A stretch of DNA of 64,000 nt from Marsupella aquatica. Lineage: Eukaryota; Plantae; Marchantiophyta. The stretch is from positions 17,824,563 through 17,888,562 of the forward strand of contig OZ316894.1 in NCBI GenBank assembly GCA_973895155.1, written 5' to 3'. Positions 13,201-25,502 of this stretch are shown here, one piece after another; within the stretch, counting starts at the first letter, position 1, and each line of letters opens with the position of its first letter. Made by a program: the position numbers and the translations under genes. The notes under the pieces were generated by a model. That model did no database searches. It saw only the letters and a list, made by a program, of their open reading frames with translations, and had not been told where the DNA came from.

Positions 13201-15600
13201 GTGAAGACTTCCTGAAGAGTTGGGATGCGGTAAGAATTAAAGGAATACGAATTTCAGTACGAAAAGGTACGTAAAGGAATTTTTCCACAACCTGTCAATG
13301 ATCAGTCAAAGATGTGTTTTTCCGACCCTCTTGTGTGATGATCATGCCAATGATCTGATCAAGTACGTACCTCGAATGGGAGATTTGTACTTGGATCAAC
13401 ATCGCCCACCGCAATAGCTTTGACTACTTCTTGAGGAAGATCTGTGTTCATAGTTAAGGACATCGTCAAAGACAGCATATCCTATAAAATGCGTCTATAT
13501 CCAGAAAATAGGAACAGTCTCAGCATTGTTCTTACAGCACATTTATCGTGCAAAAACTCCCAGTCAAGTAGGCGTCCGTTCCTAATAAAACTTAGATCCA
13601 CTATCAAAGAAGATTCAAGGCCAAGTGCTAAGGATATGGGCCGACGAACTCTAGGTCGACAGTCACATCATCTGGAACATCAGTGAGATGTACCATCCGC
13701 TGACTAACGGGATCATAGACCCTTTGATGATGAAAAGTCAACAGCGCCCTTTGGAAGAGTTCCTCGTACTGTGCAGAGACAGTAGTACCGCTGAAACGTA
13801 GGTGTCTAATAACCTGCAACGGTCACAGACGGCTTTCTGGAAGATTCAGTTCGTGGAAAGTTACACAAATAGATATACAGAATACAATTATCAGGAAGAT
13901 CAAGACATATTGTCCCCTTTCTATTTCTGAGGTAGTTTTCAAAAGAGGGAGAAATTAAGCGCAGCAGGGTAAATCAGGACGTCTCTGAAAAGCACCTTCT
14001 GATAGCTTTTGAACCTCTGGATCAATGCGTGTGCCTTCTTTACTCCCATTCCTGGTAGGGAAGGAAGATAATCACATCCAGTCATCACACACATTTCTAG
14101 CACCATCTGTTTAGTGAAATTGGCAAAGTTGACACCTCTGTTGCCTACTAGGTCACCATATTGAAACTCCTCTCCTTGCCCAAATTTGTCCATTTTGAAG
14201 AGAATCTGCGAATCAATAGGACAGTGCGGAGGCAGTATAAGGATTTCATTTGGTGCTAGCCCGTGTAGTAACTGGCAGAGTCTTCGCGATTGGGTTTAGA
14301 CTCCTTGGAGACATGAATGATGTAGAAAATGTCATCCACTGACAAGATGGTTCAGAGACTCTGTCCAAATGGAATAACTGCCTTCAGCTCGATGTCAATG
14401 TCCTTGATGACCGTTTATGTTCCAGGAATTTGATATGTTATACTTACTAGCACAAAGATCACATTTCAAACTTCAGCAGATGATGACATGGAAGTAAGAG
14501 TTTCCAGTAGGTGCTTCATTGCGTTTACCCGGGGACATCCATATGCGATTAGATCTGAATCCTCCGTAATGATAACATCGACATGACCATGAATGGCCAA
14601 GTAGGCCATTTGCGCATCCGCTTCATAGGGAGCAACAATGTATTGAACACCTTCCTTCTTCAAGACCTGGGAAGTAGAAAGAAAGACTTAGAGCAGACCA
14701 TATCCAGACAACCATGCAGAGGTGAAGAGTGAACGGATGCAGCAGCAAATAGCAGTGTTTTGAGAAGAGAGGCACCTTAATGAGCCTTGATGCCATAGCC
14801 GGCGTGATATCAACGGCTTTTTGGTAACAATCATAAGCAGCTGAACGATTTCCTAACCGCTCAAGGTCTTGAGCCTGCTCCAGGTGGTTTTTTCTTGATC
14901 TATCCAAAGAATGCGCAAAGATTTGAGTTCAGTAACTTTGTGAACGACGCGATCCTTTCGGACATATGGGAACAACGGACAGAGAAAGAATAAGCAGATG
15001 AGGAAATGAAACCAGACTTGGGATCAACAACGCATATGGAGAACAAGATTGAAGATAAAATTACTGAGGTTGAAACATACCCACAGCAAAAGTAGATACA
15101 TTCAACGAACCGCTCATTGATATATGTAAAACACTGAACACTCACCTGGCTCGTTTTTCTTCCTGATCAGCCTTCATGGGCAGTACTCCACCATCAAACA
15201 CCATAACGGGCTGAACACCATGGTGACGTAGCAAATTTATTCTATACATACAGTAGACAATCAATCTGCCAATTCCAAGGGAAACGGATTCATCGTTAAA
15301 CAATTTTTGAAGATCCTAGTGTGGAAAACACACCAACGCTCCTTCATACTTCATTTCCATTCGATTCGACTTGACCTTTCAATGTGGCCTTCAAAAATTA
15401 GGGCTACTTTTACGGTCGGCCGTGGACGATTGAGCATACTTATCAGTTGGGCGGCCCTCGCAGAGTTCTTTGCTGCAGGAGTAAGCAGCCCTATGAAGCC
15501 AAGCATAAGTATCAATAGCGGCCTTCTTGCCGGCATAGCTTCGGACATGCACCGGCGTTATAATGGACTTCAGCGCCGGCAGCAGACCTTGGATTCCCAT
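10213..15600 (-). CDS. EXO1: Exonuclease 1 (XPG/FEN1 family 5'-3' nuclease), ~13 coding exons
   Basis: MGIQGLLP start, [40 protein letters not shown] motifs; plant-type [17 protein letters not shown] and LNKFAY C-terminal motifs. Exons 15600-15440, 15265-15146, 14899-14776, 14666-14529, 14205-13996, 13813-13638, 13443-13371, 13211-13094, 12909-12695, ~12091-11986, ~11643-11197, ~11130-10823, 10357-10213 (the three marked ~ are approximate). Confidence 0.95.
12910..13093 (-). other. U12-type GT-AG intron in EXO1
   Basis: 5' GTATCCCTC, branch CCTTGAC (12925-12919) 9 nt from the 3' end, no polypyrimidine tract; removal gives [18 protein letters not shown]. Confidence 0.8.
13444..13637 (-). other. 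U12-type AT-AC intron in EXO1
   Basis: 5' ATATCCTTA, branch TCCTTAAC (13460-13453), terminal AC; removal gives in-frame [22 protein letters not shown]. Confidence 0.93.
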
Positions 15601-16701
15601 CCCTTCGATCAACTGGTGCTGCTATCCTGTCCAAACGCGTTTTCTGTACTGAACGAGCTCAAACAGGACTGAACAGACTTCAATCCGAGGACAGGACCTG
15701 CGGGTTCTGCCCTCTCTGTTCGTCATGCCAAAACATGGAACTGGAATTCAAACTCAGCAGACGGAAGAGACTGAGACTTGTGATGCTCCTCGCCTGGCTA
15801 ACAGCAAATGGTCAATATTCTGCGACCTGACCCGCGCTACCAAGATTCCAGTGTCCAAAACCAAATCCATCACTACGGCCCCGGCTGTGCAACTAAGTTT
15901 CACCTGCACAACAAGCGGACCAGATTCCAACATCCGAACTCCTGCTGTAAGGCCTTGTCAGCGCAAGGAGTGTGAACAGCACAATATATTGGTAAATGTC
16001 GGAATGGTTTCTGAAGGTCAAGACTCTTCTGGACGCACCTTTCCAAGATATTTGGCTTCCCAACCCCACATATGAGCACACATTTCTCCGCGCATCAGCT
16101 TAATTATATACCTTTGCAGCAGGTAAGGACTCTTAGAGCAATCTCTCTGGACCCACGAGCACGAGATGGGACAAAAAGCAGCGTTGCCTAGGACCACCCT
16201 AAGCCCTGTAATACTAGTATCCGAACTCCTAGACGATTAGCGAGCTCATTTACTGGGCTCCAACCGCAAGTTCAGGCAGTGACCAAAGGTCCGCGACGCT
16301 TCATGATGAAAGTCCACAGGATTGAACGGTGCCCTGCGGTAACCGGCCACAAACAGACTCTCACTGTGGACTTGCTGACATTGAGAGCGCTGCATCGATC
16401 ACAATTCGGCTTACATCAAAGACAACGAGATCGATCAGCTTTGGCAGAGTTTCTAAAACCAGGAGCTCAGAAGAATCCGAGTCATAGCCATTGCGGTCTC
16501 GTGCAAACGGAGCCAATCACGAATGATTTATCGATCGAGCGCGAGGAGACAAGGTCCTCTTCTAAGTCGAGGTCTCAGCTCTGGAGCGAATGGGGGTTTC
16601 TCTGCGGTTTCTAGCCCTCAGTTTGAAATTGCAGTGCAGCAGAATTTGAATGAGTAGGTCCGGAATCATTACACTGCAATTAAAGATATTCAAATTCACG
16701 A

Positions 16702-17617
16702 AAGTGGAGCCAGGATGGACCACCATGTTAGACACATTTTGGTGTTACATGGGAGTTTAGAGCTTAATTTGATGTGTGCTCCGATGTATCACATTTTGGT
16801 GGTACATGTAAGTTTTGGGCAAGGCAACTAGAGAAGAAGTACACACAAAAAAACAACAAGCCCTAATATTTCATATCAACACAATGAAAACTATTCCATA
16901 TAATATACCCTCTGCATTCCATGATGAATAAATCACCGAGCAAAAAAACACTGTCACTATTATGGAAGTTTAGCTTATCTACTACACTAGCACATACTCA
17001 AAACTAAAAAATATTTGAATTTATGAGTATCAAGTTATTACAATTAAACTCAAATTTTGGCAAATGTGGTCCATGGTTCAAAAGACCAAAGAGAAAATTC
17101 ACAATAGATCGAGCCACTATTTTGTTATATTTACAAATATGTTTTTTGTATAATATTGATTATCCTGGTTTCCTTTGTGAACATGTAGGAAAGAGATGCT
17201 CCCATGGACCACAATGTTGGTCTTTGAAATCCCCCATGGACCACATGTCCCAAATTTGAGATTAATTTAATAACTTGATGTTAATAATTCAAATTATTTT
17301 TGGTTTGAGTATATGCTAGAGGGGTAGGTAAGCTACACTTCTAGCAAAGTGAAATTTTGACCATTTGGTTGAGTGATTCATCATAGAATGGAGATGGATA
17401 AATTCTATTAGAGTAATTTTCATTGTGCTTATATGAAGTATTTTGGCTTGTGTTTTTTAAGGTCTCATTTTTCCCTAATTGCCTTGCAGATGCAAAACTT
17501 AAAACATGTATTCATCAAGTTACAAGCCCAAAACTCCCATGGACCACCCGGGAGACCACCAAAATGTAGTCCACGGAAGCATTGTGTCCAACATGGTGGT
17601 CCCTCCAAGCTTCACTC
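16702..17617. mobile_element. Foldback/MITE-like element with ~330-bp diverged inverted arms
   Basis: GGACCACCATGTTAGACACA (~16718) vs TGTGTCCAACATGGTGGTCC (~17583); GCACATACTCAAAACTAAAAAATATTTGAATT (~16990) vs AATTCAAATTATTTTTGGTTTGAGTATATGC (~17286); further collinear inverted matches between them. Confidence 0.8.
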
Positions 17618-19129
17618 TGGAAAGTGTAGTCTATATAGAAAACAGTGGCATATTTGAAAAACAATTGGTGACATGGTTGTGAATTGGAACATTTAAATGG
17701 CAAAGTAGTTCAAAGCTGACTCATGAATAAGACTGCCCTTCTCAAAAAACCTGTACCTAGTGGTAACTTGGTTCACAATTCTAAATAGCAAAAAGTTCAT
17801 TTTACTTGTTTCCAGACCATCTCTAGGTGACCATTTGATTTTTTTGCCAACCAAAAAGTTTTGGCAAGCTATTCTAAATAGCCAAAAGATGTATTTGTGG
17901 GTATCATTGTTTCCCAGGGCATTTTGACTTATATAAAGTTAGTTCAGGTTATCTTGTCAGTAGGGAATTTAATTTCTCCGACCTCCATTCCCAAAACCAA
18001 CTGCATATCTTTGCAGCCCACTGATGTCACTTGTTTTATCTGGGAGCCCCAAAAAATTCATTAATTATGTTTTGAGTGAACCTAATTACCCCTATGGTAT
18101 TGGATGGAACCAGATTTCCGGAGTTGCATATAGGGTAATCAGGATGTAATTATATGGTACTAGCCCAATGCCAGTATGTTGCACAGAAGATGCCAAAGCA
18201 AGACAAAGAATGCAGGTGAGCCAAGGAAATTGTTGAGACATCTTATCTTCCCTTTCCAGCCATGCGATAATACAGTCATGTCATCAAGAATGATTGAGTA
18301 AGCCATGTGCGTAAGTTTAGTGCCAGGCAAGGAAGGTTTTGGCTGATTCAATAATCACAAAAACACTCAGGATTGAGTCTCACGGAAAGATCGTTCCTAA
18401 AACAGATCAAACTGAATGTTTGGGCCGGATCACATGTTATAGTGTTTGATCATGACTGTTTATATCAAAACCTGTAATATTGCGGCATTTTTTGAAGTGG
18501 TAGTCAATCAAAATATATTGTTTTATGTGTCAGGGAAAATAACTCAAATAAGGAAAGCAAAGCAAAAAGGAGTACTAAAAATTAAAGCCACTGGAGAAAC
18601 CTTCTTCATCCTCCTTTATTGCAAGTAGAATACTTCCCTAAACTACTCTTGGCTGTGGTGGCAGCCAGGGTTAGGGATGCATAATTATATCAAGGGACCA
18701 CCACATGTGACAACATTAACACCTATAATACAATGTTGCACCAATTTATAGAGTGGTCGTCATTCAGATATGCAAGGGCGCGCAAATTAGATGACAAACA
18801 AAACAGAAGCACATATATACATTGTACATACCTATTGTAAAGCAAGTATATCAATTGGGTATCCCCTTTTGGTCAATCCAAGGGTGTTAAAAACACCTCA
18901 ATACACTACTGGTTTGTTCCCTCCTTCTTCACTTTTTGATTGTATTCCCCCTACATTCAAATTTGTAAGCAGACCATTATCTTTGTTGGGGGATCACATG
19001 TTATATTACTTGATGAAAGATCTGGCATACATGAAGTCAATAAAGGGAGAAGCAGCATAACCAAAATTAGTATAAGAGTCTAATATATGGCAACCTGGCC
19101 ATCCAGCTAGCCTAGATGTCAGTTGGACA

Positions 19130-20406
19130 TGTCAATGCCAATTTTCTCCTACCCCAACAAATCCTCCCCATTCAGTATTGTTGAAGCACTTTGGTCTACC
19201 ATCTTCATCAATCAGCAGACGTCTCCTTCTAATTTGTTGGTCTTGAACAATTCACACATGATTTGGGTATGCATTGTCCTCAATTTCCTCCTTCCATTAC
19301 ATTTTGCTGGAGATGAGCTCTTTGTAAATCCTGCTTTGTCCTTACTTTGCTCAGCATAAATAACACCAAGTTGCTTTCCAAAGTGGAGGTGGCTTCAAAA
19401 TTATGCTTCTTTCTAGCTGGTGGCATTTTTCTGCTCCCCTTATGGTGGAACCCAATCAGCATGGTGCTCCCACCCCACCCCAGGTCTGGTCGCAGTGCCT
19501 CAATATTTGTAGGTTGATTAAGCCTACAATGGTGTAAGTTACATTTGTAGAGGGAAGGCGCATGGCATTGGGATTGCAAAATTGGGTCAGTTGCTCTTAC
19601 TTCTTCAGTACCAGTAGGTCATGCATCAGCTTTGCCTATAGGAGGAGGTGCAGAAAGTGGACAGACTCATCCTCAAATTCTGCAAGAGAATTTGAAAGCC
19701 GATACAAAGCCCCCGGACAAAGCCCCGAAAGAAAGTTTAGACTATGCCCAATGCATCTCTAATAAAATACAGCACAAGCTGCCCCTCTGAAGCTTTCACA
19801 TAAAAGAGGAACCCCTCTGAAGCTTTCACATAAACAAGCTATCTGATGAGAATAGCATGATTCATACCTGCTAGAAGCCAAGTGGTTGATATTGGCTCCT
19901 CCTCCACATTTGCCACTTCATTCTGTTCTTGTGGTTCCTTTTTGTTGTCTGGAGCCTCAATGATTGCACTCCTTGCAAATTTGTGGTTCATCAAACCTGG
20001 GGGCTGGACATTAGCTCTCTTTCCATCAATTGCATGCAACCTGCCAAAAAGATGACACATTTTGTCCACATTAACATCATACCACCTGATGAATCCTTTA
20101 GTGACAATGCCTTTTTGTACATATGCTTGTCTCTCCAAAGCTTTTGGCCAGATTGGCCTCAATTATCTTTGGAAAATTGTACTCAGCAAGAATTGCAGCC
20201 ATCGAAGTAAAATTTGACTTCTTGGATTGATACTGATTTCCCAGATGAGTTTTTCGACCGGCTCCAAAAATTGCTTGATAGTTTTCTTCCACCTCCAAGT
20301 AATTGATAATCAGAGCATAATCAGACCTGGTAAGCTTAGTTCCTGCAGGGGCCTGGGCGCCCTGGGTGTTCCTGCCCATATTGTGAGATGTTGCTATCGT
20401 TTGCAT
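19130..20406 (-). pseudogene. Decayed Myb/SANT-like accessory ORF, probably transposon-derived (PIF/Harbinger-associated)
   Basis: Frameshifted ORFs 20098-20406 (DYALIINYLEVEENYQAIFGAGRKT) and 19839-20162 (DKMCHLFGRLHAIDGKRANVQP) resemble, from memory, the 'WLE.PENF...CP.FERM.ALFG.KANV.P' protein family. Confidence 0.5.
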
Positions 20407-22289
20407 GCAGGTGTTGCCTTGAGTGCCGGAATGACCCGACCGTAATTTTGAGTCACCCTAATGGAGTATAGGGAGCTCTTGTAGACGTGCCCCTCCTGTG
20501 GTTTGCATACAGTTGCCTGCAATGCTCCATGAAGGAGCACAAAAGGGCCTTAAATATAAACATGATGCCCCTTTATTGTTTATGGCCCCTCCCACTATAG
20601 TCATTTGCAATTTAAGGGAAAGGTGTCCACCAAGCGTCAAGGAACTTGCCATGTGTTGGTTAGAAAGTAAAGACTTAGAATAGCATTACCAATCTTACTA
20701 CAAAAAAAGCGATGCAAAACTACTTTCCACTGTATAGAGTGAAGCTTGTAGACCATAACTCTGAATAAGGACAAAACTGATTGTGTGTAAATAAGGAAAA
20801 AACTGAAAGTGAAGGTGGACAGAAAACTAGATGGGGGCAAAGATGAACAGGAAATAATATATAATTCCTCTTTTGCAAGATGTTTTTGGGTCTTCATCTC
20901 TATTTATGTGCAAGGAAGAGGTAATCAGGCTAGTGTTGATATGAGACTGAGATTTTCAGTGGGTGGAGGGACCATAAGGCTTGTCAAAAAGTGTTTGGTC
21001 TGATCACATGGTACATCCAAGCATCAGCTTTAGGGCATAGGGCTTTGGCAATTATAGGACAACCTGAGAAAACCAATTGAGTGTTCTCCCCTATACTCCT
21101 CTCCCCTCCTTCCCCAGAGCCTCCACTTCAACCCAGCTTGAGCCCTGCCCCTGCCTCCTGGTCTCAAATAGAGGGCTGCAGCTAATTTATGGATGTCCAC
21201 ATTAGGTTCAACTTTACGCCGGTAAAAAACATGCGGCGCTCCCTGTTGCTAGCCCGCAAATCAAGTCATCCCATGGGATTGTACCATTTCCAACTTGCAG
21301 TTTTTACCCGAACGATCAGTCCAGACATTGCACTCACAGCCCAGCTTTCAACACATCAAGGACCTAAGTTGACAAACACTAACACTCTTCAGCTGAGAAA
21401 AATGTCTCGTCTGGACATTCAGCATTAGCGCAATGCTTGTAGCACTCCGTCATTGGGCATAAGAAAGTTGAGTGGACCAAGATACCCTAATCTGTGAAAG
21501 TGAACAACGACATAAGGGCCGTCTTGCATGTGCAAGGTCCTATGTTTTCCGGCCCTCAAGTGAACCCATGTCACTTCAAAATGCTACGAAATAAGGCAGT
21601 CCTAACGGCATATTTTGTGGGGTAGCAAGGGTGAGGTCCCGAACCTTCAAATTAATCCGTGGACCCCCATGTTCATCCAAGGAATGTGTGTGATAAAATG
21701 AAATCAATTTTCTACAAGGCGGTAACCGATGGTTTTGAGTCTCCCAGTGATCTTGGTGTATGCTCGTACCAAAGAGAACGCTCGAAAAGATAGAGGAGAT
21801 CAATCTGGTTGAGATGATCTCTTTGGTTCATCAAACCAAAGGTCGAATGTGTAAAAAAATTTGGACGGTTTTTGCTCAAACATTGGAGAAATCGTGTTTC
21901 TATCATTTCTGATTGATTGTGAGTTACATTGAGAATTATTGCCACAAGACAGACCGGAGAACATCACTCAACTGTTAGCGAAAGGTTGCTTGTCATTTTG
22001 GTGGGAAGAACGCACAAAACGGACGAGCCATCACTTCACATACAGGTTTTGTAGTTATTTTGATTTAAGAAAGCTATTGTGTGAGGGGGAGACCAACGAT
22101 TGTTTCTTTGACACAGAGGCTACAGTTGGCATCAGCCTGTGTTCAGAGTGAGCTTTGTTGAAGCCTGAAGGGACGCGAACAATTCAAGTCAGGAAGCAAA
22201 CATTGCGGACAAGCAATGACAACGTAATTAAAGAAATCAATTTGCAGTGGCTAAGTTTGTGACAGTGACGGGATTGTGATGTCTCTTAA

Positions 22290-22690
22290 TAGAGAAAAGG
22301 TTTCCAATGAGCCTTGGATTGACAATTTTTGTCAAGTTCTAAATGAGTTTTTGAATATCTTTGTCTTTCCAATGAGTATGACAATAAGAAATTTTGATCA
22401 TGAGTTCATGAATTCTTTTAGCTTTTCAACATTGAGTCCGACATTGACAAATTTCATATGAGATTTTGTCACGGTACTAAAAAGATCATGAGGTTTTCAA
22501 TCTCTCTAGTTTTCTAATGTGTGACATTGGAAGTATTCGTCAAGAATTAAAGAGATCATGAGTATGTGAATTTCTCTAGCTTTCCAATGAACTTAACATT
22601 GATAGATTTTGTCAAGTACTAAGGAGATAATGAGTTTTTAATTTTGCTCTAGCTTAGTTTCCAATGAATGTGATTTTGAGAGATTTAAAA
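22290..22690. repeat. Degenerate ~70-bp tandem repeat
   Basis: Repeated CTCTAGCTTTCCAATGA / ACATTGA / TTTTGTCAAG / GATCATGAG blocks. Confidence 0.6.
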
Positions 22691-23597
22691 ATAGTTTTCA
22701 AATACAAGCATTTTGATGTAAAACACTGATATATTGTTGACAAACATTAGAATGGTAACTTTAGTTTACTAAATGACATCTCTTCCTTTCTATTCAATTT
22801 TTTTTTACATTCAATATTTATGGCATGGCGCCCCCAAAATTATATTTCTTTTGCCACAAACAGGAATGTGTCATTTTGTTACTGCCATAATTAAGATCTT
22901 TCCTGTTTGTGGTTGGTTGTGCTGATGTGGTGCAACCTCGTGGTAGGGAATTTGCAAAGGACTTCTAATGGGGGTCCATAAAGAGAATACAACAAAATTG
23001 CAGCCGGTACAACTGAATGGGCTTGTCACATGTATTGCATTCTTTGATTGAATTTAGATTCAGGTTGACACTTTTTCCCAACACTTGTGGGCTGGTTAGG
23101 GCCATTTTTTTTAGGACTTGCACATGCAAAACAGCCCAAAGTTATGGGCACCACCCCCCCAAATGGGGAACTACAGTAAGTGGTTGCCTTATGTTTGAGA
23201 CCCCCTAGTAAACGAGACCTTCTACGCCAGTGAGGGCAATAGGGCATGCGACCTGCGATCCCCACCCCACGGCCCTTCTTCATGACATGGCACCTCTTGT
23301 GGTGGTTGGTGGGGCCAGGCAAGGACCTTATCCTACGTTCATTGGATATCGCCAATGAGGAGGATCTTCGATGGAGATCATCTCGCGCAATCTATCCTGT
23401 CATTGGACCAGCCATCAAACCGGCCAGCATCCCCCTATCAAGGTTACTTCCCGATCTCTCTGTATTCAGGACTTCTGTGTGGCATGCTCTACTCTGTTCT
23501 CTCGAGGAGTGTGGATTGATCAGTGTACAATTTGATCGGGTGATTTCGATTTCGACCTCGCTGTGCATTGGTGCGAGCTGCGAAGCTTCATTCAGCA

Positions 23598-25502
23598 ATG
23601 GCAACCATGGCGGCCTGTTCCACGAGCGCTGCGGTGGTGTCAAACGCCAGGTTAGTGCAACGAGAGGCTCTGGCGTCCAGCTCCAGCAGCAGGGCTGTTG
23701 TGAACTTTGCGGCGAGACCGTCAGCATGGAAGACGTTTGGAGTGTCGAAGAGCCAGAAGAGTGGCGTGGTCATGATGGCGAAGCAGGAGATCAACGAGAG
23801 TTTGCTGACCCCGAGGTTTTACACCACTGACTTCGAGGAGATGGAGATGCTCTTCAACAAGGATATCAATGAGAACTTGAACCAGGAGGAGTTTGACTCC
23901 CTGCTGCAGGAATTTAAGACCGATTACAATCAGACGCACTTCGTGAGAAACCCGGAGTTCAAAACCGCTGCGGAGAATCTGCAGGGCCCGCTGAGGCAGA
24001 TTTTCGTGGAGTTTTTGGAGCGGTCTTGCACAGCTGAGTTTTCCGGCTTCCTCCTGTACAAGGAACTTGGACGCAGGCTTAAGGTAATTGTGGTTCCCGC
24101 GCATTCCTCCCTTCGTCGTTCGTCCACCAACGTGTCATTGGAGTGTGTATGAATTGCCCTTTGAACGCTGCGTTCCGTGTCTCAGCTTTGTGTTTGGCAT
24201 TGAACAGAAAACGAATCCCGTAGTGGCAGAGATTTTCACATTGATGTCGAGAGACGAGGCTCGGCATGCTGGTTTCCTCAACAAGGGATTGTCGGACTTT
24301 GGTTTGGCTCTTGACCTCGGATTCTTGACCAAGGCCAGGAAGTACACGTTCTTCAAGCCGAAATTTATCTTTTATGCCACTTATCTATCAGAGAAAATCG
24401 GATACTGGAGGTACATTACCATTTTCAGGCACTTGAAGGAGAACCCCGAATTCCAATGCTATCCCATCTTCAAGTACTTCGAGAACTGGTGCCAGGATGA
24501 GAACAGACACGGAGACTTCTTCTCAGCGTTGATGAAGGCGCAACCTCAGTTTCTGAACGACTGGAAGGCTAAACTTTGGTCTCGGTTTTTCTGTCTCTCG
24601 GTAAGTTATTATTGACCGGTTTAGATCGACTTTGTGAGGTCAAGCATCTTGTTATGTTCAGTTGCGCCTTTGACCGACTTCAGTCGGCATCGTAGCTTCT
24701 TTTCAGATATGGTGACAGCCCGTACGTAATTCCGTGGGAAACAGCATGTGAAAATCTGAATAGTACGCAGTTACCTTCGAGTATTTCGAGGGTTGAATTA
24801 GGCGATTGAAATCTAGCGGACTCTACTCCCTCACTTGACCCGACGAGACCCTATGTCTCTGTGAGACCCTAGTGTAGGTAGGTACCTTGATGTTCTGTCA
24901 TGTGCGAAGTGCTTACGAAGTGCCTACGAAGTGCTTGTGAAATGCTCATTACTTCGTACCTCTCCCTGCAGGTGTATGTTACTATGTACCTGAATGACGT
25001 CCAGCGAACTGCCTTCTATGAGGGAATCGGCCTCGATACCCGCCAGTTCGACATGCACGTCATCTTTGAGGTGAGTTCATTAAATTTGTCGCCGTTTCAT
25101 AATGCTGCTATAATTGGTGAGAAGATGGTTTAGGTTTTCACCCTTACGTCATCGTCGTGTTCACTACATGGTTCTGTATTTTGGTTTGGGGTTTTGCAGC
25201 GGTTTGCACCCTTTGACTTTTTTATTGATGTAATGCAGACCAACAGGACTACTGCCAGAATTTTTCCAGCAGTGCCCGATGTCGAGAACCCTGAATTCAA
25301 GGTTAAGCTCGATCACCTCGTGGACTTGAATCAGCAGTTGATCGACATTGGCGAAAGCGACGCTCCTGCCTTTGTGAAGAATCTGAAAAAAGCTCCTCTC
25401 ATCGCTGCCTTTGCTTCAGATCTTTTGGCCATGTTCTCGATGAAGCCCATCGAATCTGGATCTCTAGACTTTGTAGACTTCGAGCCCCAAGTTGTGTACT
25501 AG
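23598..25502 (+). CDS. CHL27: Mg-protoporphyrin IX monomethyl ester oxidative cyclase, chloroplast (AcsF/CRD1)
   Basis: Ser/Ala-rich transit peptide, then [48 protein letters not shown] di-iron motifs. Exons 23598-24083, 24208-24600, 24972-25070, 25239-25502, all GT-AG. Confidence 0.98.

Noticed and set aside
18160-18351. Possible Harbinger transposase fragment (HGWKGKIRCL)
   Set aside because: Similarity too short and weak to support.
23246-23830. 194-aa ORF overlapping the CHL27 start
   Set aside because: Alternative frame over the 5' region and transit peptide of CHL27; no recognisable motifs.
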